DNA from: Haliotis rufescens | Lineage: Eukaryota | Direction: 5' to 3' | DNA length: 64,000 bases | Assembly: GCF_023055435.1 (NCBI RefSeq) | Contig: NW_025963846.1 | Span: 22,320,001 to 22,384,000 of the forward strand | Part shown: positions 1-14,700 of the stretch, one piece after another | Layout: every line of letters starts with the position of its first letter | Numbering within the stretch: position 1 is the stretch's first letter | Notes under the pieces: generated by a model | The model's input: the letters and a program-made list of their open reading frames with translations, nothing else | Database searches by the model: none | What the model was told of the DNA's origin: nothing | Made by a program: the position numbers and the translations under genes

Positions 1-1428
1 GTCTAACTCGCAGACCCTAGGGAATAAATGATAAAGGAATCCAACTCAAGTCAAGAATTACTTGGCAAGTCTAGATTGACTCAGCTCAAGGGGCTGACAT
101 TTAGCATTGTTCTTGTTTGTAATTTTTTAGATACATGTATTAAACATAAATATATTAACTTTTTTCTGTTCACAAAACTAAGGCTGGAGAGTATTGTACA
201 GCGCGGGGGGTCACTGAACTAGTTGACGTCAGTTTGTTTTCATGCACAAAACATAACGTGCTCCAAAGAGTATTGTTATCTCTGACATTGTATGCTGAAG
301 ACATAACTGGAAATTCATAATATTCATATATCGGTGTGCATCTCCCAGGTCTTAGTCATGTTGCGTGTATTTGTATTCCACAATATAACTTCTAACAACC
401 TTATCTTATATTGCTAACTATGAACTGTCGGGAGAGGTAACAAGCCTATATTTAATAAGTATATAAATGACCCATGAGATGTGTTTCTTAGTTCGCAGAC
501 GACGGTTACATCAATATGCTGGCGTCCTTTGAGGGGAATCCTTCTCTCCAGAACCCCACCTGCAAACTTCACACTTTCATTAATCACGCCGTGGCAGTTA
601 AGACCTTGTACAAACACACTCAACCCACCATAAGATCCAGAAAGCATGTTCAAGGGTAGAAAATGGTAGGTGGGCCTTGGGGTAGCCAAGAACAGCTCTA
701 TTTATCCTTGATTCTTCACCACAAAATTCCGTGACTAGGGTGGACACATGTGATAAAGCATGTCGTCTGCTACCCCGCCGGTTGATAACACCTTGCATAT
801 CTTACCTACGGCACGCTCAGGGGAATATTTTCAGGTCGAGGGATTAACTTCATTCAATTCAGAGTCGTACGACCCTACTTGCGCAGAAATAACCCACTCG
901 ATGTCGTCTGCTCACCAGGTCCGAGATAGTTTCCCGCCATTAATTTTGATCCGTGTCTGAGATATCAAGCGACCTCTGCCACCAAAATTATACTTGGGGA
1001 ATGAATCACAGAGACATTTTAACCCTACAGGTTTTTCGGATTAGGAGTTGTACACGTAACTTATAACAATGTCGGATATCACGTGGCGAATTTTGAAATA
1101 TAGTTACTTAGAAAATGTCAGTGAAGGATTTTTGCATTATCCTCGCCTTTGTTTAAACTCGGGGACATTGGTGACTGGTTAATTCGTTGTCAAGGCAACG
1201 TATCAGATAGAGCAAACAACACGAGTGTGTTCAAGTATGGGTCAATTTTTTTGTTGTAATTCCCGTGTGAGACCCAGAGAGTACAGTCTGTGGGATACAG
1301 AGATACACTGTATTCAGTAAAAAGACAACAGGCCAAAATAATGGAATACGGGAAAGAGGAAACTTTGCAGCAAATTCGGTGTTTAGAAACAAATTGATAT
1401 AAATTTAGTAAATATCGTTCTACTCTAC

Positions 1429-1463
<35 letters not shown>

Positions 1464-4400
1464 TGTGATTAATTTACATGAGAGGGGTGAATACTGTGTA
1501 GATAACTAGACAAATATCTACTGAACAGCACTTATTTCCTCAAGTGTACTTTATTTGCACGACCATGCTATTTTTTCTACAAACAAGTAATATGTAATGT
1601 TAGTTGGTTGGTTTGGTTTGTTGTTCAACGCCGCACTCAGCAATATTCCAGCCATATGACGCGGTCTGTAAATAATCGAGTCTAGACCAGACTGATATTA
1701 TGAGCATCGATCCACGCAATCACGGGATACCATGACATGCATCAACCAAGTCAGCGAGCCTGACCACCCGATCCCGTTAGTCGCCTTTTACGGCAGGAAT
1801 AGGTTGCTGAAGACCTCTCTTCCCCGGATCTTCACGGGTCACTCCACCATAGTGACGTTCATCGTCGATCCCCGCGAAAACCTGAAAGATAACTGCAGAT
1901 GCGGCACAACGAAACACTCACTCACTCAATAGTATCTTACATCTAGGACCTATTCTTATCGTACATTTTTTAGATAGTTTTGTTAACTAGAGTGATTTTT
2001 TGTTGTTTAACGTCGCAATCAGCAATATTCCAGCTATATGACGGCGGTCTGTAAATAATCGAGTCTGGACCAGACAATCCAGTGATTGACATTGTGAACC
2101 ACGATCCATGTCGTTGGGGTACGAGCACACCAAGCCTGACCCTGATCCATATGGTCGCGGGGCGGTCGGGTAGCCTAGTAGTTAAAGCGTTCGCTCGTCA
2201 CGTCGAAGACCCGGGTTCAATTCCCGACATAGGTACAATGTGTGAAGCAAATCTCTGGTGTCCCCCGCCGTGATATTACTGGAATATTGCTAAAAGCGGC
2301 GTAAAACCATACTCACTCCATTTGGTCGCAACTGTGACCGGCACAGGTTGCTGTGAACTGTTCCAACACCCATGAGGTGTGGAGTGTACATACAGTTTGG
2401 TAAAGTCAGCTTTACCAATGCAAGACATAAACTTTTGAAAAAGCCGTGTAGTATGATCTGTTGAAACCATCGCTCAACCGCCGTCATAAAGCTGGAATAT
2501 TGCTGAGTGAGTGCAAAAACCATCGCTCGTGTGCTCAGCTATATTTACGGGGCGCTTCATTCAACATAGCAACTTCCTTTCAAATCGCCTGAAAACAACG
2601 GTCTTTTACGATTGTTACCCCTAAGTTCAACAACAGGAATCCTAGTTTTTTGGATACATTGTGTGTAGTGGGTGCATGTCTGGCACTGGTGATAACAATA
2701 GATCTAGAAAACTACAGCAACGACACATGGGCCTGATTCCCCGTTTCTTGCATGTCTTCATCACCCTTCAAAACGAGTTGCAGTCTGCAGCTGGGGTCCA
2801 AGCTTTGTTTGGTGTTTTGTGTAATGCCGCACTCTGCAACATTCCAGCTATATAATGGCGGTATGAAATACTCGAGTCAGGACCAGAAAATCCAGTGATT
2901 GACATCACGAGTATTGACCTACGCCATTGGGATATGATGACATGCATCAACCAAGTCAGCGAATCTCGGCCTCATTGGTTGTACAGACATGGGTTATTGA
3001 CGACCAATTCTAACCCTCACCTTCAGGTGGCAGGTATCGAAGCGTGTTTGGTGTTTGGCCTGTACAGTACTCACCCTTAAGGAATAAAACTTGACAGAAC
3101 ATGTATCTATGGTGTTGGAAGTTTATGTTTTATAGCAGATTCAACTATTGTACGACCAGGAGTAACCAGATCCGTGTCGTCAGCCCATCCAACATGTGAT
3201 TCTGTTCAATTAGCCAACATTGTGAGCACCACCATTTTATTTCAAAAACCTGGATCGGCTTCTATGATTGTTTTTTGTTTAACGCCACACTGCAATATTC
3301 CAGCTATATGATGGCCGTATGGAAATAATCGAGTCTGGATCAAACGATCAGGTGATTGACATTATGAGCATCGATCCACACAACTGGGACAGGATGACAT
3401 GCATCAACCAAGTCAGCGAGTCTGACCGCTCGATCCCGTTGGTCGCCCTCTGACGGCAAGCATGGGTTGCTGAAGACCTATTCTACCCCGGATATTCACG
3501 GGTATGTTTCTAAGAGAATATGGATAATGATCCAAATCATTTGTATTGCCATGACATACAATGAGCCGCCAGTTCACTGAGGATGGATGACCACACGATC
3601 CACACTTTAGTCGCCTCTTACAATGTGACGTGAAATGGGGTTTAACGTCGAGCTCAAGATTATTGCACTCATATAGCGACGTACATGCATCTGTGTGTGT
3701 TTGTACCTGCTTGTCCTTGTCCATGACTAATGCTGGTTTTATAGTGCTAGCCGACTGAAATACCATGCCGCAGTTGAACATGAAGACCCCACTAAGACAC
3801 AATATACTGACTCCGAGCCGACCAGTCCTTGTTTTAGCCTCTTGATGCCGAGCGCAAGGCATGGTAAGAACAAGTACCATCTTTTAACGTCTTTTGTCAT
3901 GACGCGGCTGGGCAACGAACCCTCGACCTTCCGCTCAGTTCAGACGCTCTTCCACTTGAATTGGTTGATGAGTCATCTTAAATGCAATGAAGCATTCTCA
4001 AAGACAATAGTGAATTTGAGTCTTAATTTTACTGGAGGCATATCAATGACTAATGTCTATAATTGTACAGATTCACTGAAACGATTATAATACATGAGTG
4101 TTTCCATCCTTTGGGATAAACAAAAACATCAGTAATAAGACAAGCTTGAGTAATTGTTTCATTTATTAATTATTCAAACAGTTACAAGACACCATACTGG
4201 AATCATGCCATATCCCCCCCCCCCCCCCCCAAAAAAAAAAAAAAAAGAAAAGAAAAAAAAGAAGAGCATTTATACCACAATATTTGTTGAAGTTTCAAAT
4301 TCCACAGATATTTCTCTTCACACTGACCAAAAACATAGAAAATAAGGCCAAGTCGTGAAATACATTTAGAGCTGTGATCCCATTTTTCTCTTTCCCAATG

Positions 4401-7400
4401 AAGTTAATTGAGTGACTGAGTATGGTTTGACGCCGTTTTTAAAAGCAATATTCCACCATTATAACGGCGGGGGACACCAGACATGGGCATCACACATTGT
4501 ACCCATGTGGGGAATCGAACCCGGGCCTTCGGCATGAAGAGCGAACGCTTTAACCACCTTGCTACCCTACCCCTACTAAGGTTAAACCGTTAAATACTGT
4601 TGATAACATATGTTTATCAAATATAGGGGAGGGAGAGTGAATATGGTTTTACGCCGCTTTTAGCAATATTCCAGCAATGTCACGGCGGGGGACACCAGAA
4701 ATGGGCTTCACACATTGTACCCATGTCGGGAATCGAACCAAGGTCTTCGGCGTGAGGAGCGAACGCTTTAACCACTAGGCTACCCGGCCCCCCAAATATA
4801 GGATACCAGAAGGTTTAGTCGATGCGATAAACCAATCCGACAAACGTGGCATCATGATCCGACATTTATGCAAATGAGGTCACCAAGCACGAAGTACTAT
4901 AAGTTAGGTCTATACATCGATGCGATACTTACTTGCTAAAACAAATGTTGCCTAAATGTTTAAATAGAGGTTTCCAGATGAGCGAGTGCTTTGTAAACAA
5001 AAATGGCAGTTCGTCATTTGGCACTATACAATGAATGGGGCGGTTCACTTTGGCAATGTATTTCTACGCGGTTTTCAAAGTTACTTCAATGACCAAATAG
5101 CGAACATCCATTATCTTAAGAAAGACATGATTACACGACAAAGATTATTAGAGAGTTTTCATGTGGAAAATATATTAGGTAAAAGGCTTTTGGCCAATTA
5201 AAATACATCTTTTATTCCTGATATATATTTACCCTACGAAAACACACTTGCAAAAATATCTCTACAAGAAAACGATGATGCATCAACAGAGCGGCATATT
5301 TAAACAATATCGGTTCATTCCGTTTCACACCCGACACTGTTTTTGACTACTATGCGAATGCATACTGAATTTGGTGAACGCGGGAAGTTAGTGCACTTTA
5401 TATTCAGGCCACATGGTCGCCGAGCTAATTGTGATGAATCGAGACGGTGAAACTGTTTCCTCCCATTATTGCGATAAACTTGCTTCAACAAATGCAATGC
5501 ATTTCTGGGTTTAAATAACAAGAACTGAACAACACCTCGGAAATTTCAAGATAAACTTGACCAAACACGTTACAAACAATTGTTTTTAAAAAAAAGAAAT
5601 GCATGCAATACCCCAAAGACTTTTCATAAAACTATTACAAAAAGAACAATGCCGCCTTGAAATGCCACAGGAGCACACTTGCTACACATTTGGCTTCATC
5701 ACAATATCACTATACATGGACAGGGTGAAAGTTGTTGAGTATAATGTCTGGAAACATTCAGTTATATCAGCGGGCTGCAGCTATTTAAATCTTGACCAGG
5801 CAAACCAGTGATAGAAATCATGAGCATCGATTCATGCCCACTCACAGAGCCTGACCCCCGATCTCCTTTTCAGTTGGCTCTAAGTACAAGTATGTGCACT
5901 GCGGACCTATTCTTGAAAATATTCTGCCCGTAACCCCCGCGTCCTATTTTGCCTGGGTTAGGGCAACCTAATCTTTATGCTACAAAAATTATGTTTTAGT
6001 ACTTCTAGTCAAGAGTTCTGATTTTTAAACAAGATTTTTAAAAAAGAAGATCGACGCAGGGGTTATGGACGGAAGTTTTACCCCATTCTAACCCAGAATC
6101 CCCACAAGGGACGCATTAATCAAGAATCATAGCCCAATATGAAATTCTTTCTATAGCATTCCCGTGAAAATAAAACAAACTTTTGCAGTGAAACGTTTTG
6201 ACAATGGGAACACTTTGATGAATGTTCCAGTTGAATCGATTTTTGTTTCTTGAGAATCTCACCAAACAGAACCTTGTGGTCTGAATACTAAGTTAAGTTT
6301 GATTTTATTTCCATATACAAAATACAACAACTAACTCCTTGAACACACTTGGTCCTCTAGTGCAAGAAACATCAACCCAAAATACTAGCACAATTAATCG
6401 AAGGTGCAAACGATAAAATCTTTTCATTAATTACGAAGGTGTGAAATTAACACTTCTCATGGAGAAGACATCACAAATGCCATCAATACAACTTGACATC
6501 ACATGTCATGAACCACTTACACCAGAAACATTCTCACATCTGTCGTAAGCATCACGGTCGCATAATATAACATATAATTCAACAAAAAAACAAATAACCA
6601 TGGTAAAATACTCTAACGGTCATAAAAGACGTCACTAGAAGCTACCATAATTATGGCAGCTCACATTCAATGGAATATTCCTGCCATGTTATACTGTACT
6701 TGTTTAAGAGATGGAGTATAAATGACAGATTATTTATAATGTAATGGTCGCATTCTGCATCAATGTCGCGGTCATGTCCGTCCCGTTCAACAAAGCGATC
6801 TTACCCTAACCACCCTTGTAAGTCAACGTTAACATTTGATGATGATGATGATCGTTAACTGAGTGAGTGAGTGAGTGAGTGAGTGAGTTTAACGCCGCTT
6901 TAAACAGTAGTCCAGTCATATCACGTCGTGTCACGTCGTGTCAGCTTAATGTGGGGGGAAAACCTGAAGTGATGCAAGTCTCAGATGTTTACCACTTCGA
7001 TGAAACCCACGAGCACGGGTATGGTGCTGACAAACCTAGAAACATTATCTGGGCGAACCGGGATTCGAACTCTCAATCATAGGTTTCCGATCCCCCGATC
7101 TTCATTGAAAAAGGTCCAGGTACTTTCAATTTCATATCTTCAATATCATACATATAGATTTGGTTTCTCACTTTTCATTTCTGAAAGCTGAGTAGTAGGA
7201 TTTAGAAAAGCTGGTGCCCGCTGTCATCCCATGGTGGCACGATTCACTCAAATTTACAATTCATTGATACCTGAACGACTTTCACAGAACGAGAGATCAG
7301 AGCTCCAGATAAAATAAATCGCCATTATCTAATTAATTTTGAGTTGCTTCCGTACTAATACACATGAAAAATGTCAAAACCCCAACGGTATAACAACAAT

Positions 7401-8724
7401 GTGCGCATTTACCCTTCAAAGTTTGAGTGCCTATATTTCTTAAGGGTCTGTATTTGCCAATCTGCTGCAGAGAATAATGCTTAAATTGCCATCTGTAACA
7501 GCAGTTTAATTAATATAAGTTTAATTGTGTTATGTTATTGGTTTATAAATTCCAACAGAACACCAAAAGGAAACTGTAAATACCGAATGTGAAAATAAAA
7601 TATTAGTAATAGCCAAGAAAGTTATCTGGGGCCCTGATTTATTGAAAGGTTTGAATGAATTCTCCACAAAATATGGTATCCTCACATGCAAGTCAATACT
7701 GACAGAACAACCCAAAACCGACCTGCTTCTCTTCTTGCTCTTCCGGGAGTTTAGGAGGAAACACTGGAAACCACCAACTTCAAACTACACAAATTCTGGA
7801 CATCAATCTCTTCATGGGCACAATACCGATTCTCCATTAAAATTCACCAGTCGAATCTTCTGTACATCAAACTTCTCTCCAATTCTTATGTTAAAATTAG
7901 CGTTGTATTCAGGACCACTCAACCATCTTGAAAAGTGTGGCATTTGTGACATGAGTGTTTCCGAAGTAGACACTGGAGCAACTTCCACAATACCAAGAAT
8001 TCTAAAATAACTGTCATTGTATGTGACAAGTAGGCGAGTGAGTGATTTAGGTTTAATGCAGCTTTGAACAGGCTTTCAGTTATATCAGTGTGACAGCTCA
8101 ATGAAATGGCAGCCCCAAGTGGCGCAGATGACATGTGTGGAGGGCAGATGCAAACATACGAATGATCCCCATTGGATCCTGGCAGAGCTATGGGACCCAA
8201 CCTGAATCTTGGTTCTTGATATACCTGGGATACTTGTGTCCCAAGAAGAACAAGGAAGGTCAAACTTTAAAATACAATAATCGATGCAGTTACATGGAGT
8301 GTTTTATTACAAGGCAATAATGTTCACGTGTGGTAAATATACTGGGCAAGTGAGTGAATATGGTTTTACGCCGCTTTTAGCAATATTCCAGCAATATCAC
8401 CACAGGGGACACCGGCAAATGGGCTTCACGCATTGTACCCATGTGGGGAATTGAACACGGGTCTTTGGTGTGACGAGCCAATGCTTCAACAACTAGGCTA
8501 CCCCACCACCCCGGTAAGTATACTGGTGTTGCTAAGGATTGAGATTGTAATTGTAAAACTGAGTTTCATAAACTTAGTCATAAAGTCTACTTGTGTCACA
8601 ATAGGACAGCTTACAAACACAACCATGTAACCATGTCCGGTCATCTGAATGGTGGATCTCGGAAAACATTATGTAATGAAGGTATAGTAGATCTAAACAG
8701 ATTACACACGAACAGCGTCACAAA

Positions 8725-9110
8725 TCGAAGATCCAAGAACCTTTAAAGAGTGACATACACAACGATGCTCCAAGAATCTTCAGAGATTGACATACTTGAC
8801 GAGGATCCAAGAATCTTTACAGACCAACAAACATGATGAGGCTCCAAGAATCTTCAAAGATTGACATACACGATGAGATTCCAAGAATCTTCAAAGATTG
8901 ACATACTCGACAAAGGTCCATACTCGACGAGGATCCAAGAATCTTCAAAGATTTACATACTCGACGAGGATCCAAGAATCTTTACAGACCAACAAACATG
9001 ATGAGGCTCCAAGAAGCTTCAAAGATTGACATACACGACAAGGGTCCAAGAATCTTCAAAGATTGACATACACGTCAAGGCTCCAAGAATCTTCAAAGAG
9101 TGACATACAC
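8725..9110. repeat. ~35-bp minisatellite
   Basis: gatccaagaatcttcaaagattgacatacacgacga variants, about 10 copies. Confidence 0.85.
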
Positions 9111-10337
9111 AGACAAAGCAGCACAGGGCTGCTGGATCTCAACGAAAGAAAGACCCGAATCTCACACTTATAGACATGCACTTTCTGGATGTTGGTATGA
9201 CTTGAATGATCAACCTTCATGTGAACATGTGGCATCTACATCTTCCAACACTCAGGCCTGGCACCATCTTGCATGAGCGAGCGAGCGACCAGCCACTAGG
9301 ATTACACTGTAGGTCTACCAGCCACTTGATGCCTCCCCACTTTGATCTCTGAGTTCGCAATCTTCATACTGTGCATGACATGACAGCTTCAAAACTTCCC
9401 CTATATTTCCTGACGAAACCTATCATATACTTCACTGCAGTGTCCCTGTGCTACGACATTAATATTCAGCTCAATTATGTCTGGATACAAGTACACTTAC
9501 CAAACATTAACACTGATGTCAAATGTTCTACAGTTACCATTATTTCTCAAAAACAGAGTGTCCTTTTCAGCTCTTCTGGTCATCTTTGGTTGACAAAGAA
9601 AGGTTCAACACACTATGTTCACTATCATCATCCAACAGTTGTCCAAACACATGTCTTCTCCTCAGTCTTGTCCACCTTCTCCAAATAAGTTTCAAAAGAA
9701 ACTATGTTACTTCAAACATGTGTAATGTCCTGGAGAATGCTTCATGATATTCCTGCAGAACATGATGTTGCTTATTTCATCTTGACTATAAGAATCTGCA
9801 AAGGAAGTAAATGTAGACATGTTCCGATGGGAGGGAGTGACGATTTACATATTATTATTAAACAGCTCTCTGAAGAGATGATGTGATGTGGTCAGTGGGA
9901 TCACCTCTTTCTAATCTTTAGCATGGCTCTGTTTTGAGAGTTGATCTTCGTCCATGTTTATTCATGATCATCTGTCAAGGATGTCCATCAATCCAAATGA
10001 ATGATATCCTACATTTACCTGATCAAAATGTTGATCCGAACTTCAAAAACTCATGTCACACAGGATCAACCCACTACAGCTCTGTATTGCATCCTGTCCC
10101 CAACCCGGGCATCATTTACCTTCCTCTGGCCTCTCTTTCAACAGTATGGACAAAGAACAAGAAGTTCCCACCGTTCACATACTGGAAATGTCAGTCAATA
10201 ATATAACCAACACAGTCATCTTTCTTCAGCTGAGTTCTCACACATTTGCATAACTACTCATTCACAATAGCAGTCCCTACCCATAAATTCTCCTTGGTTC
10301 CAAATTATAAGGCACAATCAAACATAATATTCCAACA

Positions 10338-11783
10338 TTATTTCTTCCCATTAGCTTCTTTCGTTCTACTGCTCTTCTTCTCAACATCCTTCGGTTTGCC
10401 CCTCTTCTCAACCTCTTTCAACTTTCTCTTCTTCTCATCAACCTCCTTCAACTTGCTCTTCTTCTCCTCAAGCTCCTGCAACTTCTTCCGAGCTTCATGA
10501 TGAGACTCCTCTAGCTTTTCCATCAGGCTGTCTGTCCATGCCAGGAACTTCTTGATGCTATCCACTTTCTGCGCATCGTACTTCATCATCAAAAAGTCTG
10601 GAGGCTTATCGATAAATGATGCAGCTTGCTTGGTGTTTTTGGATGAACTAGCTGACTCAGTTCTCTTGTCTTGAGCTCTTCCATCACTAGATTTTGACTT
10701 TGGTTTTGACTTTTCGTCAGTCTTGATTGAAGAGGTGGTCTTCTTACTAGACTCTTTCTCTCTTGATGTTCCAGCAACACTTTTTGACCTAGAAGGTTGT
10801 TTCTGGTCAGAATCTAGAACAGGTTTTCGGGCAAGTTGAATTTCAATCTTTGCTTCACGCTCAACATTACCTGGGTCCAAGAAATCGGGATTATGTCTTT
10901 CTCTGATGAAAGTCCTAGTTAAAGCATCATCCAGAATGGGGTCATAATCCTTCACTTTGTGTTCAGTGATCATGTGGTATCGAATCTCGGGCTGATCCTT
11001 ACATCCAATGCTACAGTATGGGCAGCAAAAATAATTTTCCATCAATACATGTTTTTCTTGCCAGTGACGATGGAAAGCCGATTTCGGACCCTGGAAATAA
11101 CAAGCCATCACTTTGCACATGAATTTGGCAGATGGGGTTCTGAATTCCTCCTCATCTTCATCAGAACTAATCCTCTCAGCACCAGCAACTGTATGTCCAC
11201 TCATACCACCATGAGTACGAATTCCATGGCCTATTCTGAAATGTTCAATCAGCTTAATCTTCCGGACAAAATGGATTGAGCACACAGGGCATGACAGGAC
11301 ATTGGTCGACTCGAGATGCTTCGAATTCCAATGTTGCAAGAAAGAAGCCGATGAGGCAGCAAATGAACATTCTTTTTCTGGACACTTGTACACCTTGAAG
11401 GGATTGTAACTTTCTGGTGCAGTGGGATCACTCTTTCCAAAAATCTCCACCATAGCTTCTTTTTCATCACAACAAGGGTCTACATAATAAGGATTGTGTC
11501 TCGACTCCACCTTGACATTCCCAAGGATATTATCCATGGTTCCTCCTTCATCGGTGACACCATGGCCATATATCAAGTGGGTTCTCATCCCCCTGCGGTC
11601 TGCACATCCTGTGTCACACACCGCGCAGATGAGGAAGTTGCAAAAACTCAAATGGATTTCCTTCCAGTGGCGACGGAATTGCTGCTGTGTTCCCTGGAAG
11701 CCACAGCGATCCACACTACAGAGGAACATTGGCCCAGGGTCCTCCTCCTCAGAGCTGATGTCATCATAAAGGGTCGATAATTT
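10338..11783 (-). CDS. Terminal zinc-finger exon of the downstream gene
   Basis: ttacag|KLSTLYDD...; three C-x4-C..HW-x3-H plus C-x2-C..H-x4-H units; KFLAWTD helix; Lys/Glu tail; ORF 10338..11849. Confidence 0.85.
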   Translation of the reverse strand, partial: KLSTLYDDISSEEEDPGPMFLCSVDRCGFQGTQQQFRRHWKEIHLSFCNFLICAVCDTGCADRRGMRTHLIYGHGVTDEGGTMDNILGNVKVESRHNPYYVDPCCDEKEAMVEIFGKSDPTAPESYNPFKVYKCPEKECSFAASSASFLQHWNSKHLESTNVLSCPVCSIHFVRKIKLIEHFRIGHGIRTHGGMSGHTVAGAERISSDEDEEEFRTPSAKFMCKVMACYFQGPKSAFHRHWQEKHVLMENYFCCPYCSIGCKDQPEIRYHMITEHKVKDYDPILDDALTRTFIRERHNPDFLDPGNVEREAKIEIQLARKPVLDSDQKQPSRSKSVAGTSREKESSKKTTSSIKTDEKSKPKSKSSDGRAQDKRTESASSSKNTKQAASFIDKPPDFLMMKYDAQKVDSIKKFLAWTDSLMEKLEESHHEARKKLQELEEKKSKLKEVDEKKRKLKEVEKRGKPKDVEKKSSRTKEANGKK

Positions 11784-14700
11784 CTGTAAGTACATTACAC
11801 ATTGCACTGCAATGATCCAAAGGTGGCTTGAACCATATCTGCAACTCATGTAAAATCATAACAGGACGACGAGAATCAAAAACTTACCAACCACATTCTA
11901 ATTTCATAATCTGTTTTGAGTGACAATCAGTTGTCCAAACTGTACTGCAATATTACAAAGTAGAGTTAGTGAGTATGGTTTTATGCTGCTTTTAGTAATA
12001 TTCAAGCAATATCACAGTGGGGGACATCAGAAATGGGCTTCACGTATTTGTATCTGGTTATAAAAGTGTTCATTGTGTTCCGGACTTAAGTTTGTAATCC
12101 ATTATAGTACTTTTCTCCAAGATTTCATTTAATTTTGTTTACATTAATTTCGGCGAAATCGTGCATGACCTGATCGGCAAATCAAATCAACCCACCATGA
12201 ATTCACCTTGAAATGAGGATTTGTCGTTAGAGGTAGCAAGTCTTCCTATCACTGCATTGTAATTTCTTTTCATTTATGATATTGGCCATGGATGGATGGA
12301 TGGATGGATGGATGGATAGATAGATAGATAGATGAAAATGTGTGAACAGCTGATTGTTATTTCCGGCTTTTTACACAAGACAAATAAACATGTAATCTTA
12401 ATCTTTGCAACTCAAACATTGTCCGGCATACAGTACACAAATACCATTGAATTTGTATATCATCATGTCATGTTTTATAGGCAAAAACAAGCACACAACT
12501 GCTATTGCTGCCTTGATCATAACAGTTGATGCGCAGTAAACCAGTGCACATGTCATGATGTAGACGGAAGTAACATTGGATCACATTGTTTTTAAATATT
12601 GTAGCATTTCACTGGTGTCGTGTTCAAGATTTTTAAAAATAAATTGGAAATAAAAACTAAACATCCGCCAAATTTTATTGTGATACAGGTGGTGCCGGAG
12701 AACAAAGACTATTATTTTTTTCCGGCTACATGCATACACACAACCACTCATGTCACAAATCAGGTGAAGTTGAGCAAAATTTGGTCGCAGGGTGTCCTTG
12801 GATGGGTGACCATGTTTTGGCAACTTGGCTTCTGAGAGTTTCTAGAGCTTTGGTCCTGCCCCACACTGAAGCACGTGTACCACATGTGGCGTCTCCTTGG
12901 ACAAGTGACTTTGTTCAAAATGTGCCTCTGTTTACCCAGCAGTGAATGGGTACCTGGTAGGATGATATGGCAAAGTGGTTGTTAATCTCCTAGCGCCTAA
13001 CAGGCAGCTTGGGTTGTGTACTCCCCAGGGAGCTGAGAATGATTCTAGAGTGCACATTGATCCTGTGACCGAGGTAGTAATATCTTTGAGCATGTCCCTT
13101 TGTGGTGTGGAAATATGTGCAATATAAATAGCCTATTATAAATGCCGCTTTGAACAAGAGTTCAGTAATGTGGGCATGGTGAAATGGGGTTTAACCTCAA
13201 GTTCAAGATTTATTGCACTTACAGAGTGACCTGCATGCACATGTGCGGCTGCTTGTACTAGTCAGAACTAGAACACAGTTGTGTGGAAGGAACACCAGAG
13301 TGAAGCAGGTATTAGACGTGTACTACTTTGGTGATATCCATGATCACTGGTATTGTGCTGACAATCCTACAAACATCATCTGGTCAAACTGGGGTTTGGA
13401 CCTATGAACATAGGTCATAGGACTCAAGTCTGTTCTAGCCATTCGGCAAGTTGGATGAAGCGCAGCCAATCAAGTTACGTTTTGGTGTCACGTGTTTTTT
13501 GTTTACATATAAGCTTGAAACATGGCTTCTTCTGCTGCATTCCCACATATTAGTGCCCGGCTTGCAAATCTTTGGCTGGACTTTCAATAAATAATCGTCA
13601 AAAGTTTCCCTTCCGATGCAAAAGAAAATTGTAAAAACACTGTTAATCCTCAATCAGCAAAACTTTCAAACAAAAATATATGATTTTCAAAAACCAATCA
13701 TCCAATCATACTGATCAAAAGAACTTAGGGAAAACTCAATTTTTTTCAAATGACTACAGTTAATCTATCATTCTTATAACTGCTGGACAAAACAGTCCTG
13801 TCTCTTATACAATAGCACACACATCAAACGTCTTCAGAAGCAAGGTGATAACTTTCTTCAGAAAAAGCCATGTCCTCCTTCGTTCCCAACTCTTCACTAT
13901 TGCTGTCATGTCTCCAATACAGTAACGCACTCATCAAGCGTCTTCAGCAGCGAGGTGATATTAATCTTGAGATAAGGCCATGTCCTCCTTGGTCCCAAAC
14001 ACTTCACCATTGCTGGACAAAAACAGTCATTTTTCCAATACAATAATGCACACATCAAACGTCTTCAGCACCAAGGTGATATCAATCTTCAGAAAATGCC
14101 ATATCCTCCTTTGTCCCCAACTCTACAACTGCTGGAAAAAACAGTACTGTTTCCAATACAATATTGCACACATCAAACGTCTTCAGTTAGCAAGGAAATA
14201 TCAATCTTCAGATAAAGCCATGTACTCCTTTGTCCCAAAATCTTCACCATTGCTGTCATGTCTCCAACTCAGTAACACACACATCAAAAGACTTCAGAAG
14301 CAAGGTGATATCTATCTTCAGATAAATATTTAACGTCAACGCCAAAGAATATGTAGTCTTGATTAGTGGTGAAAATTATATGACAAGTATCACAGAAAAT
14401 CAGTGATGCCACCAAGTTTTCGCAAGCCATGTCCTTCTTTGTCCTCTTCAACATTGCTTGACAAAAACAGTCCTGTCTCCAATCAATAATGCACACATCA
14501 AATGTCTTCAGCACCAAGGTGATATCAATCTTCAGAAAAAGCCAAATCCTCCTTCACCCCCAACTCTACCATTGCTGGACAAAAATAGTCCTGTCTCCAA
14601 CCGATAATGCACAAATCATACATCTTCAGCACCAAGGTGATATCAATCTTCAGAAAAAGCCAAATCCTCCTTCGTCCCCAACTCTACCATTGCTGGACAA

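Noticed and set aside
414-960. ORFs and a possible first exon at the left edge
   Set aside because: No recognisable domain and no chain of exons to support it.
2082-3880. Recurrent short ORFs such as [26 protein letters not shown] and MPSARQG
   Set aside because: Translations of SINE families A-C.
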